This document shows, piece by piece, positions 51,626 through 64,000 of a stretch of DNA of 64,000 bases (the stretch's first letter is position 1; every line of letters begins with the position of its first letter). The translations under genes were made by a program, and so were the position numbers. Origin of the DNA: Eledone cirrhosa. Its lineage: Eukaryota. The stretch is taken from the NCBI GenBank assembly GCA_964016885.1, contig OZ024743.1:333002001-333066000 (forward strand), in the 5' to 3' direction. A model generated the notes under the pieces. The model saw only the letters and a program-made list of their open reading frames with translations, made no database searches and had not been told where the DNA came from.

Positions 51626-52965
51626 ATGTGTACAGGATTTGGACTGAGATATCTCGGCCATCGCCCTAACAATTCAGCCAATCCACCACCTGGACTGTTA
51701 CTAGATTTTATTGACCCTCGAATGTATGAAAGGTAAAGTTTACCTCAGCAGGATTTGAAGACGAAGTTCAAAGAACTGGAACAAACCATGCTCACGAAAC
51801 TAACGTGTAAGTAGTTGAGCATTCCACAGACACGTGTAACCATGTCGTATTTCTTGGGGAGATTCATCATGGGACACTTTGAATTAGAAGTAATCCGACA
51901 GACTTCCAAACAGTTTCTGTTTACCTAATTTCACTCACAAGGCAGGGTCAACCTAAGGCTAAGGTAAATACTACTTGCCCATGATTGTGAAGCTTCTTCT
52001 TCTTCAGCCACTCATTCATGAGAGGATTGTGGGGACAGAGACCCCAAACACTCCTTCCAGCGGGTCCTGTCAGAAGCAACTGTCTCCAACTGAACCAGCT
52101 GGATCCCAAAATGAAACAGATTTTACAGGCAAAACCAACTGGCATGAGACCCAGGGGTTTTAAGCAGCCAATGGTGAATCAAGCAGTCAGTTACATTGCC
52201 CAGTCAGAAAGTAGAAAGTAGAAAAGATTGGTTAGTGTCAGATGTAGTCATATTTCAAGTGTATATGATAAGATATTTCAAACAATAAGGAGAGTTTCCT
52301 TACCTTTATTGCATCATTTAAGATAACATGACAAGAGTGTATGGTGGTGGTGGTGGTGGGATGATGATATTTGACTGTATGCTGGTGGGGGTAGCAGGGA
52401 GATGTTACTAAACCTTAACTCATAACAACCTTTAAGGATTTAGCAGAAAATGTTTAAAAACTGGTTTGTTAATTCAAATGTTTACAGTATCATGTAAGAA
52501 TATAAAAGTCATAATACTATTTTGTACTTTTCAACTATATTTCATGTCTCAAGTTGTGTACCACAACTTTAGACAGGTTTATAATACAATATCTTCTGAT
52601 AAACTATGGTGTGTACCACAACCTCAAACAGGTTTATAACACAATATTTTCTGATTAACTGTATTAATTCATTTCAAAATGTTTTATTTTTCATAATTAA
52701 TTATATAAATTTAAAAAAAGGAGGGAAGGGGTAAAGAAAGGAAGATCTGGCTGAATAGGAAAGTAAAAGAAAGGACTATATAATGGCATAAATGAGAAGA
52801 AAAGTTGTGTGTACCACAACAACTTCAGACAGCTTTATAGCTACACTACCTCCTGATAAACAATGATAGGTCACTTACTAGATAAGATGATAGTGTAAAT
52901 ATAGTTTTACTATTCTACTAGCTAGATAGGTACGTTGTTAAGAAAAACTATTCAACTTTATAGCT

Positions 52966-53002
<37 letters not shown>

Positions 53003-53234
53003 TTTTCGTTTGCACACTGATTATATATATATATATCATCATCATCACCGTTTTAAGTCAATTCTTCCACGCTAGCATGGGTTAGACAGGTTGTCCTGTT
53101 GTGGGCAATGCCAGGTCAGGACACCATGTTTTGCTCATACAGAACTGATTTTGGCTTGATTTCTACAGCTGAATGCCCTTCCTAACACCAACCCTGTTCA
53201 TATATATATATATTATATATATAATATAATATAG

Positions 53235-53966
53235 GAGTCTGACTTCACCAAGGGTACACACTGTCACCTATCCTGTTCATTATTTTCATAAACAGGATTG
53301 ACATGTGCAGTAGGGTTGGAAGTGGTATCACAACTGGCAGGTGTAAAATTAGTTGGCTGGAATTTGCAGACGACATGGTGTTATTTAACGCGACAGAAGG
53401 TGATCTATGACTTGCACTTCATAGGTTTGATGCCAAGTGCTGAAATGAAAATCAGTGTTGCGAAAACTGAGACACTTGTCCTCAAGGAAGCCGGCACAGT
53501 GCATTCTACATGTGAATAGAGTTCCACTGAAGCAAGTGGAGATGTTCAAGTATCTTGGGGCCGTGTTCATGAGTGATGGAATGCAGGAGGCTGAATGCAG
53601 GAGAATGGGATTCCTGCAAAGGGTTCATAGAGTAATGCTACTCGATAAAGCTCAGAGATCAGAGTCATTCCAGGTAGAGTCACTTTATCTCCGAATTGAG
53701 AGATCACAGCTCTGGTACTATGGACATATGGTTAGAATGTCTGCAGAAAGAATTGCTGGACAGATTTTTACAACCAAAACCAACCAGCAAGAGATCCAGG
53801 GGTAGACTCTGAGGAAGATGATTGGATAACATCCATGAGCTTGGCTGGTCTCATTTGTGGATCCAGCTGTATCAGTTGGAGATGGTTGCTTCTGACAGGA
53901 CCCGCTGAAAGGAGTGCTTGAGGAATCTTCCCCCCACGGCTCTCTCAGGAATAAGTGGGCGAAGAA
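53235..53966 (+). mobile_element. Degraded GAA-tailed RTE-like LINE; further fragments at about 1262-1410(-), 12940-13153(+), 15590-15700(-), 18675-18990(-), 51993-52110(-), 62888-63240(-)
   Basis: QGxxLSPILFIIF, FADDMV, FKYLG, LWYYGHMVRM remnants; recurring ttgcttctgacaggacccgctg..gaataagtgggcgaag end. Confidence 0.75.
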
Positions 53967-53967
53967 T

Positions 53968-53968
53968 A

Positions 53969-54006
<38 letters not shown>

Positions 54007-54009
54007 ATT

Positions 54010-54097
<88 letters not shown>

Positions 54098-54105
54098 TGA
54101 GTGTA
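53968..54105. repeat. (TA)n(TG)n compound microsatellite
   Basis: Direct reading. Confidence 0.95.
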
Positions 54106-54504
54106 TAAACACACAGATTGTAGACCTCCATCGATTACGTTGATGACTGTTCTAGTTGTTCGAAATTAACCCGTTAATGGTTGAGTATTCCACAGACACA
54201 CGAACCGTTAGCGTAATTCTCAGGGAGATTCTGCATCTCACAATGTGACAAAGCTTACCCCTTGAATTCCAGGTACAGTTTCCCTCTACCCAAGATGCTA
54301 CGCAAAGGGATCGAACGCGAGTCCTAACGCTCCGTCCAAGAACATAGAATTTACATCCAGGTTAAAAGTAGCCTGAAGCTTATAAATAATTTTAACATAT
54401 CTGAATATAATCTATATCTGTCTATCTACTCTACACAACGGTTTGGGTAAAACCTCTTTTTATTCATGAAATCACTTAAAGCTTATTATATGTGTGCGTG
54501 TATG

Positions 54505-54551
<47 letters not shown>

Positions 54552-54592
54552 GATATATTAACAAATGGAAACTATATTTATAAAACCATATT

Positions 54593-54657
54593 TATTTCAT
54601 TATACATATTTCAAGGACACCAAGTTAAATTATGGTGTGCTTTCATCAGATAAAATA
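54593..54657 (-). ncRNA. Type I minimal hammerhead ribozyme, related copy
   Basis: UAUUUUAU-CUGAUGA-AAGCACACCA..UGGUGUCCUU-GAAA-UAUGUA-UA/AUGAAAUA. Confidence 0.78.
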
Positions 54658-56267
54658 TAATATAGATCAGTTTTATAAATAAATATTGACATACCCTTAA
54701 AGAATGCGACCATTATATATATATATATATATATATAGCAGCACTAACACCGTGATTTAAATACTTATAAACATATACAGCCACGCTACGAGTACTTTAA
54801 GCTGTAATCACACCACAGCAACCGCGCGCGTGTGCGTGTGCGTGTACATACACTGTGTGTTCTGTAAAGTGAATATATTATAATATAGTAGATAAATATT
54901 AGTGTTTTTCCATTAGTTACACGTAAAAAATGAGAATAGCATGCAAAGACTATCGTATTTTGCATAAATGTGTGGAAAACTAGCAACATTCATGCACTAT
55001 AATATTACTCACACACACACACACATATTCACACACACACATACATATATATACACACATATTTGTTTATATATTTGAAAGGTGTGGAGGAAGGGCACTA
55101 TGACCTTTGCAGTCCCTCGGAGACAAATGAGATTTACGATGTGTACATATATATATTATTGTTTAGTCCCAGGTCGGCCCTGGTCGAAAAGCATTCAAGC
55201 CATATATATATATATACACATCAGACTCCATCAGCTAACCAATACATCCGATTTCAAGAAAGTATGGTGAGGTTTAAGAGAGATTTGGCTGCTATTTCTA
55301 GCAGGTTGAGTGAATGAGCCTATAATTGTGTGTACGTATACACCATACATGAACCCGTAAATGTAGGAGCCTAAATCCATGCAATCATTATGTCCCAAGT
55401 TCGATCCCATTGCGTGATATCTTGGACTAATGGGTCGACCTATGCCCTGTGAGTGAAATTGGGTAGAAGGAAACTGTTTGGAAGCCTGTCGGATGGATTG
55501 TACCTGTAATTCAAAAGGCCAGAGCCTTGTCACACATTTAGCACACTGAATCTCCCCGAGGTGCAATTGTCTCAGTTGATCGAACAACTGGGACTCTCCA
55601 AAAAAAAACAAGATGTGAATGGTATTATAGAAATAATAGCTAAACACATTCACCCGGCCAATATAAACAAAAACACACTAAGTAAGCATGGAGAGACAGA
55701 ATAACCAAAACACGAGCTAACCAAGGACTGTAGTCGCTCGACTTGCTAGAAATAACAGGCAAATCTCCTTTAAGCTAACCAAAATATGACGATCTAACAA
55801 GGGCACCATTCAACATGATCGTTTCGTTGACTAGAAATAGCAGTAAAATTACTCGCAAATCCCACCATGGGCGCACACATTGCATAATGTAAGTTTAAAG
55901 GACCCTACTATCAGAAGTAACAACAAACACGTGGAAACGAAGGAGCTGTTATATGGTTTATTTGACCTTCAAGAAATAACAGCCAAATCTCTCTAAAATC
56001 ACATCATATCGTTTCAAGGAAAAAAAAAAAAAAAAAAAAAAAAAAATGGAAGACTGGCTACTATTTTAATGTACTATAGAATATATCGATAGATTTTTAG
56101 CCAATACTGTACAAGAAGCTATTCCATATACAGGGCATGTTGTTTACACCTATGTATACATGGAAATGGCTTCTACATGACTAGAACTCTAGAGTTCTAG
56201 TCATGGAGAAGCCATTTCTATATTAAGCTTAATATATATATTCATTTTATTAAGGCTGAATAGTGAG

Positions 56268-56316
56268 TCTTGTTACTCTGGAGTTTCGCCTGTTTACCAC
56301 AGGGTCATCAGAAAGA
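56268..56316 (-). ncRNA. Degenerate hammerhead ribozyme of a different family, with inverted partial copy at 56324-56351
   Basis: CUGAUGA-C-CCUGU..ACAGG-C-GAAA-CUC-CA-GAG-UA/ACAAGA. Stem I is bulged and stem II closes on a C-C mismatch. Confidence 0.6.
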
Positions 56317-56729
56317 ATAAGGTCTGATGACCCTGTGATAAACAGGCAAAATGATGATTTCTTATGAATGAAACAGTTCTAGTCCTGTAGAAATTTCTAA
56401 AATAAAATAAAGATGCCTATACTTTACTGATGTACTGAGTACCTTTATTAACTGTAGTCACCCCACCTATTATATATATATATAAATGTGTGTATCCCCC
56501 TACTCTCTATATATATGTATCAAACACACAGACATCTATAAATACCAACGACATGACTTTCAGTAACTCCTTAATAAAATGTAGCTGTTCAGAAGAGATA
56601 ACCTGCTCCTTGTGGGACCAAGACACAAACATATTATTATGGGATGAGTAACAACAGCTTGAAATAAATAAACACGTTACGATCCATTTTCTATTTATTT
56701 CTATATACTAGCATACTGACTGCTTATGT

Positions 56730-57019
56730 ACGCACACACACATATATAAACATATATATATATATATATATATACAAACATATATATATATATATACAAA
56801 CATATATATATACACAAACATATATATATATATATACAAACATATATATATATATACATACACACACATATAGATAAACATAGACACACACACATATAGA
56901 TAAACATAGACACACACATATATATATATATATATAAATACATAAACATATAGACATATATATGTACATACATAAACAAACATATATACATAAAGATATA
57001 AACACACACACAAAGATAT

Positions 57020-57062
<43 letters not shown>

Positions 57063-57070
57063 CACACAAA
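56730..57070. repeat. Compound (TA/CA/GA)n microsatellite
   Basis: Direct reading; explains the three overlapping low-complexity ORFs. Confidence 0.95.
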
Positions 57071-57155
57071 CAATCTGTTTAAAAAAATAATATTTATGTA
57101 TAGTCATGATTCTCAAATGCACTTTTAAAATATATAATTTATTTTGTATGGACTA

Positions 57156-57192
<37 letters not shown>

Positions 57193-58528
57193 TATGTCTA
57201 TATATATATTTGATGCTGTGAAAAAGACAAGATGGCCTTTTCTGGACAAATAACAAGGCCACAGCAGATACAGAATCTTTCTCACTATATGTGTGTATCT
57301 ATGTACATGTATGCATGCATAGCTGCTATTACACGCCAGCTATAAATAAATACATCAGCAATGAGAGAGAGAGAGAGATTGTAATTTCTTACCTTCGTGA
57401 AATCAGTAAACAAAGAAATATATTCTTCAAAACACTCCAGATATTTTGCTTCTGGTCCAGATTAAGGGATCAGTCGTTTTTAATGCTATTATTCTTGTTT
57501 GTTATTTGATTTCGAAACAAGCTCAATAAAAGTAACGTACTTATGGTTATGTGAAAACGAGTTTTGTTTTGTGTTTATCATTTAAAAAACATCAAAATCG
57601 CCAGGCCAGCATAATTATTATTACTGCTTTCCTATTAATAATTCCTGCGATAGAATTTGTCTTAAACATCTAAACTTATATACAAACACATGCTTATATA
57701 TAGATGTAGATACAATCAGCAAAAGTAAGCCTCAACTGATATTTTGAACATTTTGTTTCTCTTCAACCGTTAGAGAAACACCACATGGAATTATTGACTG
57801 TTATTGGCGATAGTAGTAGTAATGTGGTAGTGGTGGTAGTGATAAATATCCCTCTGAGAAAAATACACGTAAGCCAAAGCGGTTGAGCTCCCTGTGTGTA
57901 GTTGTGGCTGCTGAATAAATACTTTTGCTGTCTATTATAACTGGGGAAAACAAGCAAACAAAAAGTGGGCGTGTCTTCTACACTTTACAACCCAGCTATA
58001 TATATCTTCAATGTTTGTATACATTAATGTGTACTTTACTTCATGTTAATTCTATATCGAATAAACTAGGCACATTTTCTTAACAAGTAATGGTTTCTGA
58101 TTTAGCTAAATCAACCTCAGTGCCATTATCAATAATAAATGTTTCTACTTTAGGCACAAGGCCAGCAATTTAAAGGGGAAGGAAAAGTCGATTAAATCGA
58201 TACCAGTGCGTTACTGGTACTTTATTTTATCAACTTCGTAAGGATGAAAGGCAAAGTTAACATCGGCAGGATTTTAACTCAGAACGTAAAGGAACGTAAC
58301 TTTATGCTGCAAAGCATGTTGTCCGACGCTCTACTGATACTGACAATCCGACGCTCTATCAACAATAATAATAATAAATAATAATAATAATAATAATAAT
58401 TATTATTATTATTAATTTTATTTGCCATAAGGGCACCAGGTTACAGGGATAAGGGACACAAAATGGTGGGGGTTTCAATAAACAGATGAAAAAAGAAAAA
58501 ATATCTAACCACTAAGCCATGTCCCCTT

Positions 58529-58842
58529 GGAGGCACATGGCTTAGTGGTTAGAGCATTGGCCTTGCAATCGAAAGGTTGATGTGTTGTTTCCTTGAGCAA
58601 GACACTTTATTTCACATTGCTCCAGTTTACTCAGCTGTAGATATGAGATGATAGGGACTGGGGTCCATATCATTCCACTGGAAAGTGGTCGTGGAGGTGT
58701 CACGGCAAAAAAGCACCCAGCACTCACTGTAAATGAGGTTGGTGTTAGGAAGGGCATCCAGCTGTAGAAATCAAGCCAGAATCAGTTCCCGTCCCACCCT
58801 TGCAAGCAGGGAAAAAGTGGACGTAAAATGAAATGATGATGA
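58529..58842 (+). mobile_element. SINE family A (B box deleted; inverted head copy at 58504-58524)
   Basis: Sequence identity to the other copies. Confidence 0.85.
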
Positions 58843-59054
58843 ATACATGGTGATGACAAACAGTACCCCTGATACAGGGGTACATCCAAATAGGGACGAT
58901 TGAGGAATGACACACGTCCACGGTCACCCTGATCATCAAGAGTCAGTACCTTCTTCTGACTTTCCTTCTCTGAATTACTGGCTCATGCTGAGAGTACAGT
59001 CAATTAAATCAACCCCAGCACTTAACTGGATGAAAGGCGGATTTTAACTAACAG

Positions 59055-59670
59055 ATAATAATGATAATGATTTCTTTCTTCACCACAAAGGGTTTACATT
59101 AAATAAACATTAGAAGAGAACAGGACGAACACATTAAACGTGCACATATGAGTGTTGGTTTTGTGTGTGGACAGATTTGACAAAAGTAAAAAAAAAGGTA
59201 ACAACAAAAAATTTTAACAATGGGAATTCCTCAATAGGCAGGAGACATTTGAGGGCCGCTCATAGAAAAAAATCCCATAAAACGACGGGTGCCCTGATCT
59301 CTAGGGCAAGTGCCCTGTCCTAATTGTCTTTCTCCAATCTACAGGCACATACTCAGAGTGGGTCCATGCTCGCCTCTCTCGTCCACCTTTCAACAAATTG
59401 CTTGGAAGGAAGCACTTCCATGTCTACCTTGATTTTCCTCTTTAAGTGAAACCCGAAAAAGTTAATCAGGGCTTCGCCGAAGAGGAAAGTGTTTGTCTTC
59501 AACCCTTTCAGATATATCTACCATACAACCTCTTTTGCTATGGCAGATAAAAAAGCCTGCCCTTCCTGACTAAAGGTATGTTGCAAGGGTGATCTTCACA
59601 ATGGACTCAGCTGATAGCCAGTTTCATTCTACATGTGACAGCAGATGTTTGACATAAACCCACAATCATA
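59055..59670 (-). mobile_element. Tx1/L1-like ORF2 C-terminus and 3'UTR remnant; related tail pieces at about 58400-58500 and 58860-58940
   Basis: AKEVVW..LKGL..FHLKRKIKV..FVERW reading; T-rich UTR; ATT-repeat tail. Confidence 0.55.
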
Positions 59671-60177
59671 AATACATACCCTATTCCGATCATGAAATAC
59701 AATAAATTTAATTGTGTGGCTGTGGGTTTGATGGGTTGAAAGAATCCAGTCATGTGTAGAGCCTAACAAGACTTTCAATATAAGCTAAAGGAAATATTTC
59801 AGGTCAAGTTACAATTCATGGTTAAATAACAACACACCTATATATATATACATATATATTACTGATTGATAAACAATCCTTAAAATTTTTAGGCATGCCA
59901 AACTGGATTCTTTCAACACGTTTTTTTCTTCCTTAAAAGCTTCTATAGTTCTATTTTTTTGCAACATGGTTCAGCTTTTACCATCCATCTACCCATGCCT
60001 TCACTTCTTAACTTAGACCATTGTAAAAGCACATGGTCTAGTGGTAGGTTCGATTCCTAGACCGAGCAGCATTTTGTTCTGGAGCAAGACACTTCATTTC
60101 CCATTGTTGTTCATGGTAGGAACAGGGTATGTTTGTGTGTGTGTGTGTGTGAGCGCGCGCGTGCGCATGCACGCGTG

Positions 60178-60510
60178 TCAAGAGCTGGATTTGTCAACCA
60201 TCTAAAGTTACACAAGCCAGGGAGAAGTTGAGCCACTTGTGAAATGTTTCTATTACCACATCCTCAGCAGTAGATTTGCAATGAGTGTGGCTTAATTTGC
60301 AAGTGGAATGTATGAAGCCATGGTAGACTGTATGAAGACACAAGCCAGCTGGTATTGTCAGAAGACAGACAGTTCAGGTGTCACATCTGTGAATGTGCTT
60401 GCAAAACAAAAGCTGGTCTGAAAAGTCACCTGTGGGCACATGATCATGCAATGTTCAATGAAGGGATGGTACTCTTCTGACAAGAAGTAGCAATCAACAT
60501 GTATGTATGT
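60178..60510 (+). mobile_element. 3' end of RTE element with tandem C2H2 zinc fingers and (TATG)n tail
   Basis: SRAGFVNHLKLH, ICNECGLICK, FRCHICECACKTKAGLKSHLWAH, interrupted by stops; ends caacatgtatgtatgt. Confidence 0.6.
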
Positions 60511-61049
60511 CTAGACCTGTAACCCTAAGGGAGTTGTAGGGGCACTGCACTTACATACAGCATTTCTAGGGCATTTTTAGAATCCTGGCAGAGTCCATAT
60601 CCGCTACAGGTTTGAATACGGCAGATTTTTTCCAGAGAAGGATAGAGAGTGAGAGAATGGAAGTGAAAAAGTGATATAGAGGAAGAATAGACCCCAGTAC
60701 TAGACTGGTACTTTTTTTCTGACCTTGAATGGATAAAAGGAAAAGTTGATCTCAACAGGATTTGAACTCAGAGAGCCGAAATAAATACTACAAAGCATTC
60801 TATCCGATGTTCTAATGATTCTGCTAATTTGTCACCTTACAAATGGGGCCCCTATCATTTAAAACACCCAAGAAACTACATATGAGATACACCACATTGC
60901 TCTACAGATCTATATCGAATGCTGTATATTTTTTGACATAATATATGTATCAAGCATGTTCCTATGTTACCCACACACTCAACATACACATTCTATGTGC
61001 AGGCATTATCCCAATTATTTGAGGTACCTAGATAGAATATGTTTAGTAT

Positions 61050-62512
61050 ATAAGGCAGGAATTCCATTTTATGTCCCAAATGCAAACTATGGGTACAAAA
61101 AAGATGTAGTGGGATCACAGGTAAGCTATCTAAGAACGTAGAATTTATATGTGGCCAGTGCTCACTCAGGTGCAATAAGTAGCAGTGCCCACAGGATACT
61201 AGCTCCTTCTATTGCCCAGATGGTTCTATAGAAATAGTGGACACCTTCCGTTACCTGGGTGACAAAATCAGCAGTGGTGGAGTGTGCTCTGAAAATACAG
61301 TAGCCAGAGTCAGAACGGGATAGAAAAAGTTCAGAGAGCTTATATCACTATTGGCCACTAAAGGTTTCTCTCTAAAAATGTAAGGCAGATTGTATGGTCA
61401 TCATCATCATCATCATTTTACGTCCGCTTTTCCCTGCTTGCAAGAGTGGGACGGGAACTCATTCTGGCTTGATTTCTACAGCTGGATGCCCTTCCTAACA
61501 ACAACCTCATTTACAGTGAGTGCTGGGTGCTTTTTTGCCGTGGCACCTCCACGACCACTTTGCAGTGGAATGATATGGGCCCCAGTCCCGATCATCTCAT
61601 TTCTACAGCTTAGCAATGTGAAATAAAATGTCTTGCTCAAGGAAACAACACATCACCCAGTCTGAGAATTGAACTCACAACCTTTCGATTGCAAGGCCAA
61701 TGCTCTAACCACTAAGCCAGTGTATGATGCATGCATACGAACAGCAATGTTACATGGCAGTGAGACATGGGCATTGTGTTTCAGAGGACAATGCGCAGAC
61801 TGGAGAGGAACGAAGCATGCATGCTCCGTTGGATGTGTAATAGTAATATACGCGAATGGCAAAGCATAAATGAACTAAGTGAGAAATTAGGAATAAGAGG
61901 GATCAGATGCTGTTTACTCGAGAGAAGACTACGTTGGTATGGTCACGCGATGCGCATGAAATACGACAGCTGTATAAAAAAGTGCAGGTCGATCAAAATT
62001 GATGGAAGTTACAGAGTAGGTAGACCCAGAAAAACCTGGGATGATTTGATAAATTCCGACCTTACACACTTACACCTTTCTAAGACAATGTCACTGGACC
62101 AAGATCGCACTAATACAGAAGACCCGCCTTGCCTATGTACATAGCGAAACCTACAGTCAGTAGGCACCTCTTAACCAAATATACACCCCCCACTCCCACT
62201 AACACCACCCTCTCTCTGTAAAGTTATGTTGGTACCACAACATCCAGTCCAAACTAAAGAGGTGGTGTAGGTGTCACAACAAAAAAACGCACAGTCCACG
62301 CTGTAATGTGGCCGTGTAGCTAACACGGTAAACACCTCCCAGTCCACACTGTAAACGTGGTTGGTGTTAGGAAGGGCATCCAACCGTAGAAAACCTGCCA
62401 GACAATCCTACACGAGCGAGACATGGTCTCCCGACCAATCTTGCCTCAAGTGGGACAATTCCCATCTAAACCCATGCTAGCGTGGAAGATAGACGTTAAA
62501 CAATGATGATGA
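61050..62512 (+). mobile_element. RTE 3' portion with SINE insertion at about 61397-61719
   Basis: Colinear with 20258-21400; tgtatg repeated around the SINE. Confidence 0.88.
61397..61719 (-). mobile_element. SINE family A nested in RTE
   Basis: Sequence identity; tgtatg duplication. Confidence 0.85.
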
Positions 62513-63529
62513 TATCAAGAAATCATTTCAATAAGAGTTACAAGGCACATATTAAAAGAAACTACTGGAGAAAACTTGTGAAGGTATGTGGCTTGGTGGT
62601 TAGATAATTGGATTCACAATCGTGAGGTTGTGAGTTCGATTCTCAGATTAAACGATACGTCATGTCTTTGAGCAAGACACTTTATTTCACATTCTCTTTC
62701 TGCCAGGAGTTGCGACTGGTAGATAGTATCAGCAATTGAGAAGACCAATGGAAATATTGTTTCCTTGGTCCGATTTGATGAGTTCCACTCCACTCGGTAA
62801 GTGAGTGAGGTCTGGGATCTTGTCGCTTGTTCTTTTAACTGAAGAAAACTAAGATCTTTGATAAGTGAATACAGTGAAAATGAACTCTTCTCCTCCTCCT
62901 TCTCCCACTTATTCCTGAGTCCACAACACTCTCTCCAGCGAGTCCTGTCAGAAGCAACCATCTCCAATTGATCTGTCTGAATCCCCAAGCGAGACCAGCC
63001 AAGCTCATCGAAGTTATCCAATCATCTTGCTCAGCATCTAGCCCCGAGTCTCCTGCTGGTTAGTTTTGCTCATAAAATCTGTCCAGCAATTCTTTCCTGA
63101 GACATTCTAACATGCCCATACTTCAAAGATGTAACTGCTTTATCTGAAGTGACTCCCTGATATCTGAACTATGCACTCCAATGTTACTCCAAAGACCCTT
63201 TGGAGGAACCACATTTCAGCCACTTGTGTTTGCCATTGTATTCTTTTAGTCATTCTAGGTTATTGGATCAGTTCAAAACAATTTCAGTGTGTTTTTGGGG
63301 ACATTCTTCTATCTCTTCTACTGCTCACCCCATGATAGGTGCCAACACCACCCAAAACTACGTAAAAAAAACCCACCAGAATGTATGTGGCCTCAAGCTC
63401 ATCTAAGAGGTCAGTAGCACTGATTAAGTATTGACTTGGTCTGTGGCAAAGCATCCAACCCTTGCTAGCAGGAAAAACAGACATTAAATATTGCTGATGG
63501 TGAAATAATGATATTTACTATTAATAATA

Positions 63530-63875
63530 GAAGCACATGGCTTAGTGGTTAGAGCATTGGCCTTGCAATCGAAAGGTTGTGAGTTCAATTCTCAGACCAG
63601 GTGATGTGTTGTTTCCTTGAGCAAGACACTTTATTTCACATTGCTCCAGTTTACTCAGCTGTAGAAATGAGATGATAGGGACTGGGGTCCCTATCATTCC
63701 ACTGCAAAGTGGTCGTGGAGGTGCCACGGCAAAAAACCACCCAGCACTCATTGTAAATGAGGTTGGTGTTAGGAAGGGCATCCAGCTGTAGAAATCAAGC
63801 CAGAATCAGTTCCCATCCCACCCTTGCAAGCAGGGAAAAGCGGACGTAAAATGATGATGAAATGATGATGATGAA
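63530..63875 (+). mobile_element. SINE family A
   Basis: Sequence identity to the other copies. Confidence 0.88.
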
Positions 63876-64000
63876 TAATGATTTTTACTGATGATGAAAT
63901 AATTGTTTCTACTTTTGGCACAAGGCCAGCAATTACCCCAGTGCACTGGTGCTTGGGGTAATAACTCTATACTGGGTCATAACTCTATACTGCAAAGCAT

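Noticed and set aside
56701-57122. Three overlapping YI/VC-rich ORFs
   Set aside because: Compound dinucleotide repeats.
60380-60445. C2H2 zinc-finger host gene
   Set aside because: Stop-interrupted and followed by a retrotransposon-type (TATG)n tail.

Overview
AT-rich, repeat-dense eukaryotic DNA with spliceosomal introns. The SINE/LINE/microsatellite complement suggests a coleoid cephalopod, probably Octopus (inference). Three host genes are visible. (1) A + strand gene with two coding exons (262-930, 10346-11407; about 576 aa) and a divergent CG-1-like N-terminal domain. (2) The first coding exon (7862-7779, - strand) of an antisense gene that starts inside that intron, with an E2F/E-box/CCAAT promoter. 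(3) The last two exons of DNAAF2/kintoun (31300-31145, 27624-26224, - strand); its large first exon is not seen, implying an intron of over 32 kb. The rest is mostly mobile DNA: RTE LINEs of several families, a deleted CRE-clade element, a Tx1/L1 remnant, tRNA-derived SINEs, TTAA and TA MITEs, a non-autonomous Helitron, and mini/microsatellites. Most notable is a set of (TA)n-associated, probably Penelope-like remnants: three type I minimal hammerhead ribozymes (two with covarying stem II) and several sequence-unrelated hairpins preceded by a shared motif. Most short ORFs in the track are repeat artefacts. Repeat boundaries are approximate and all calls were made by eye.
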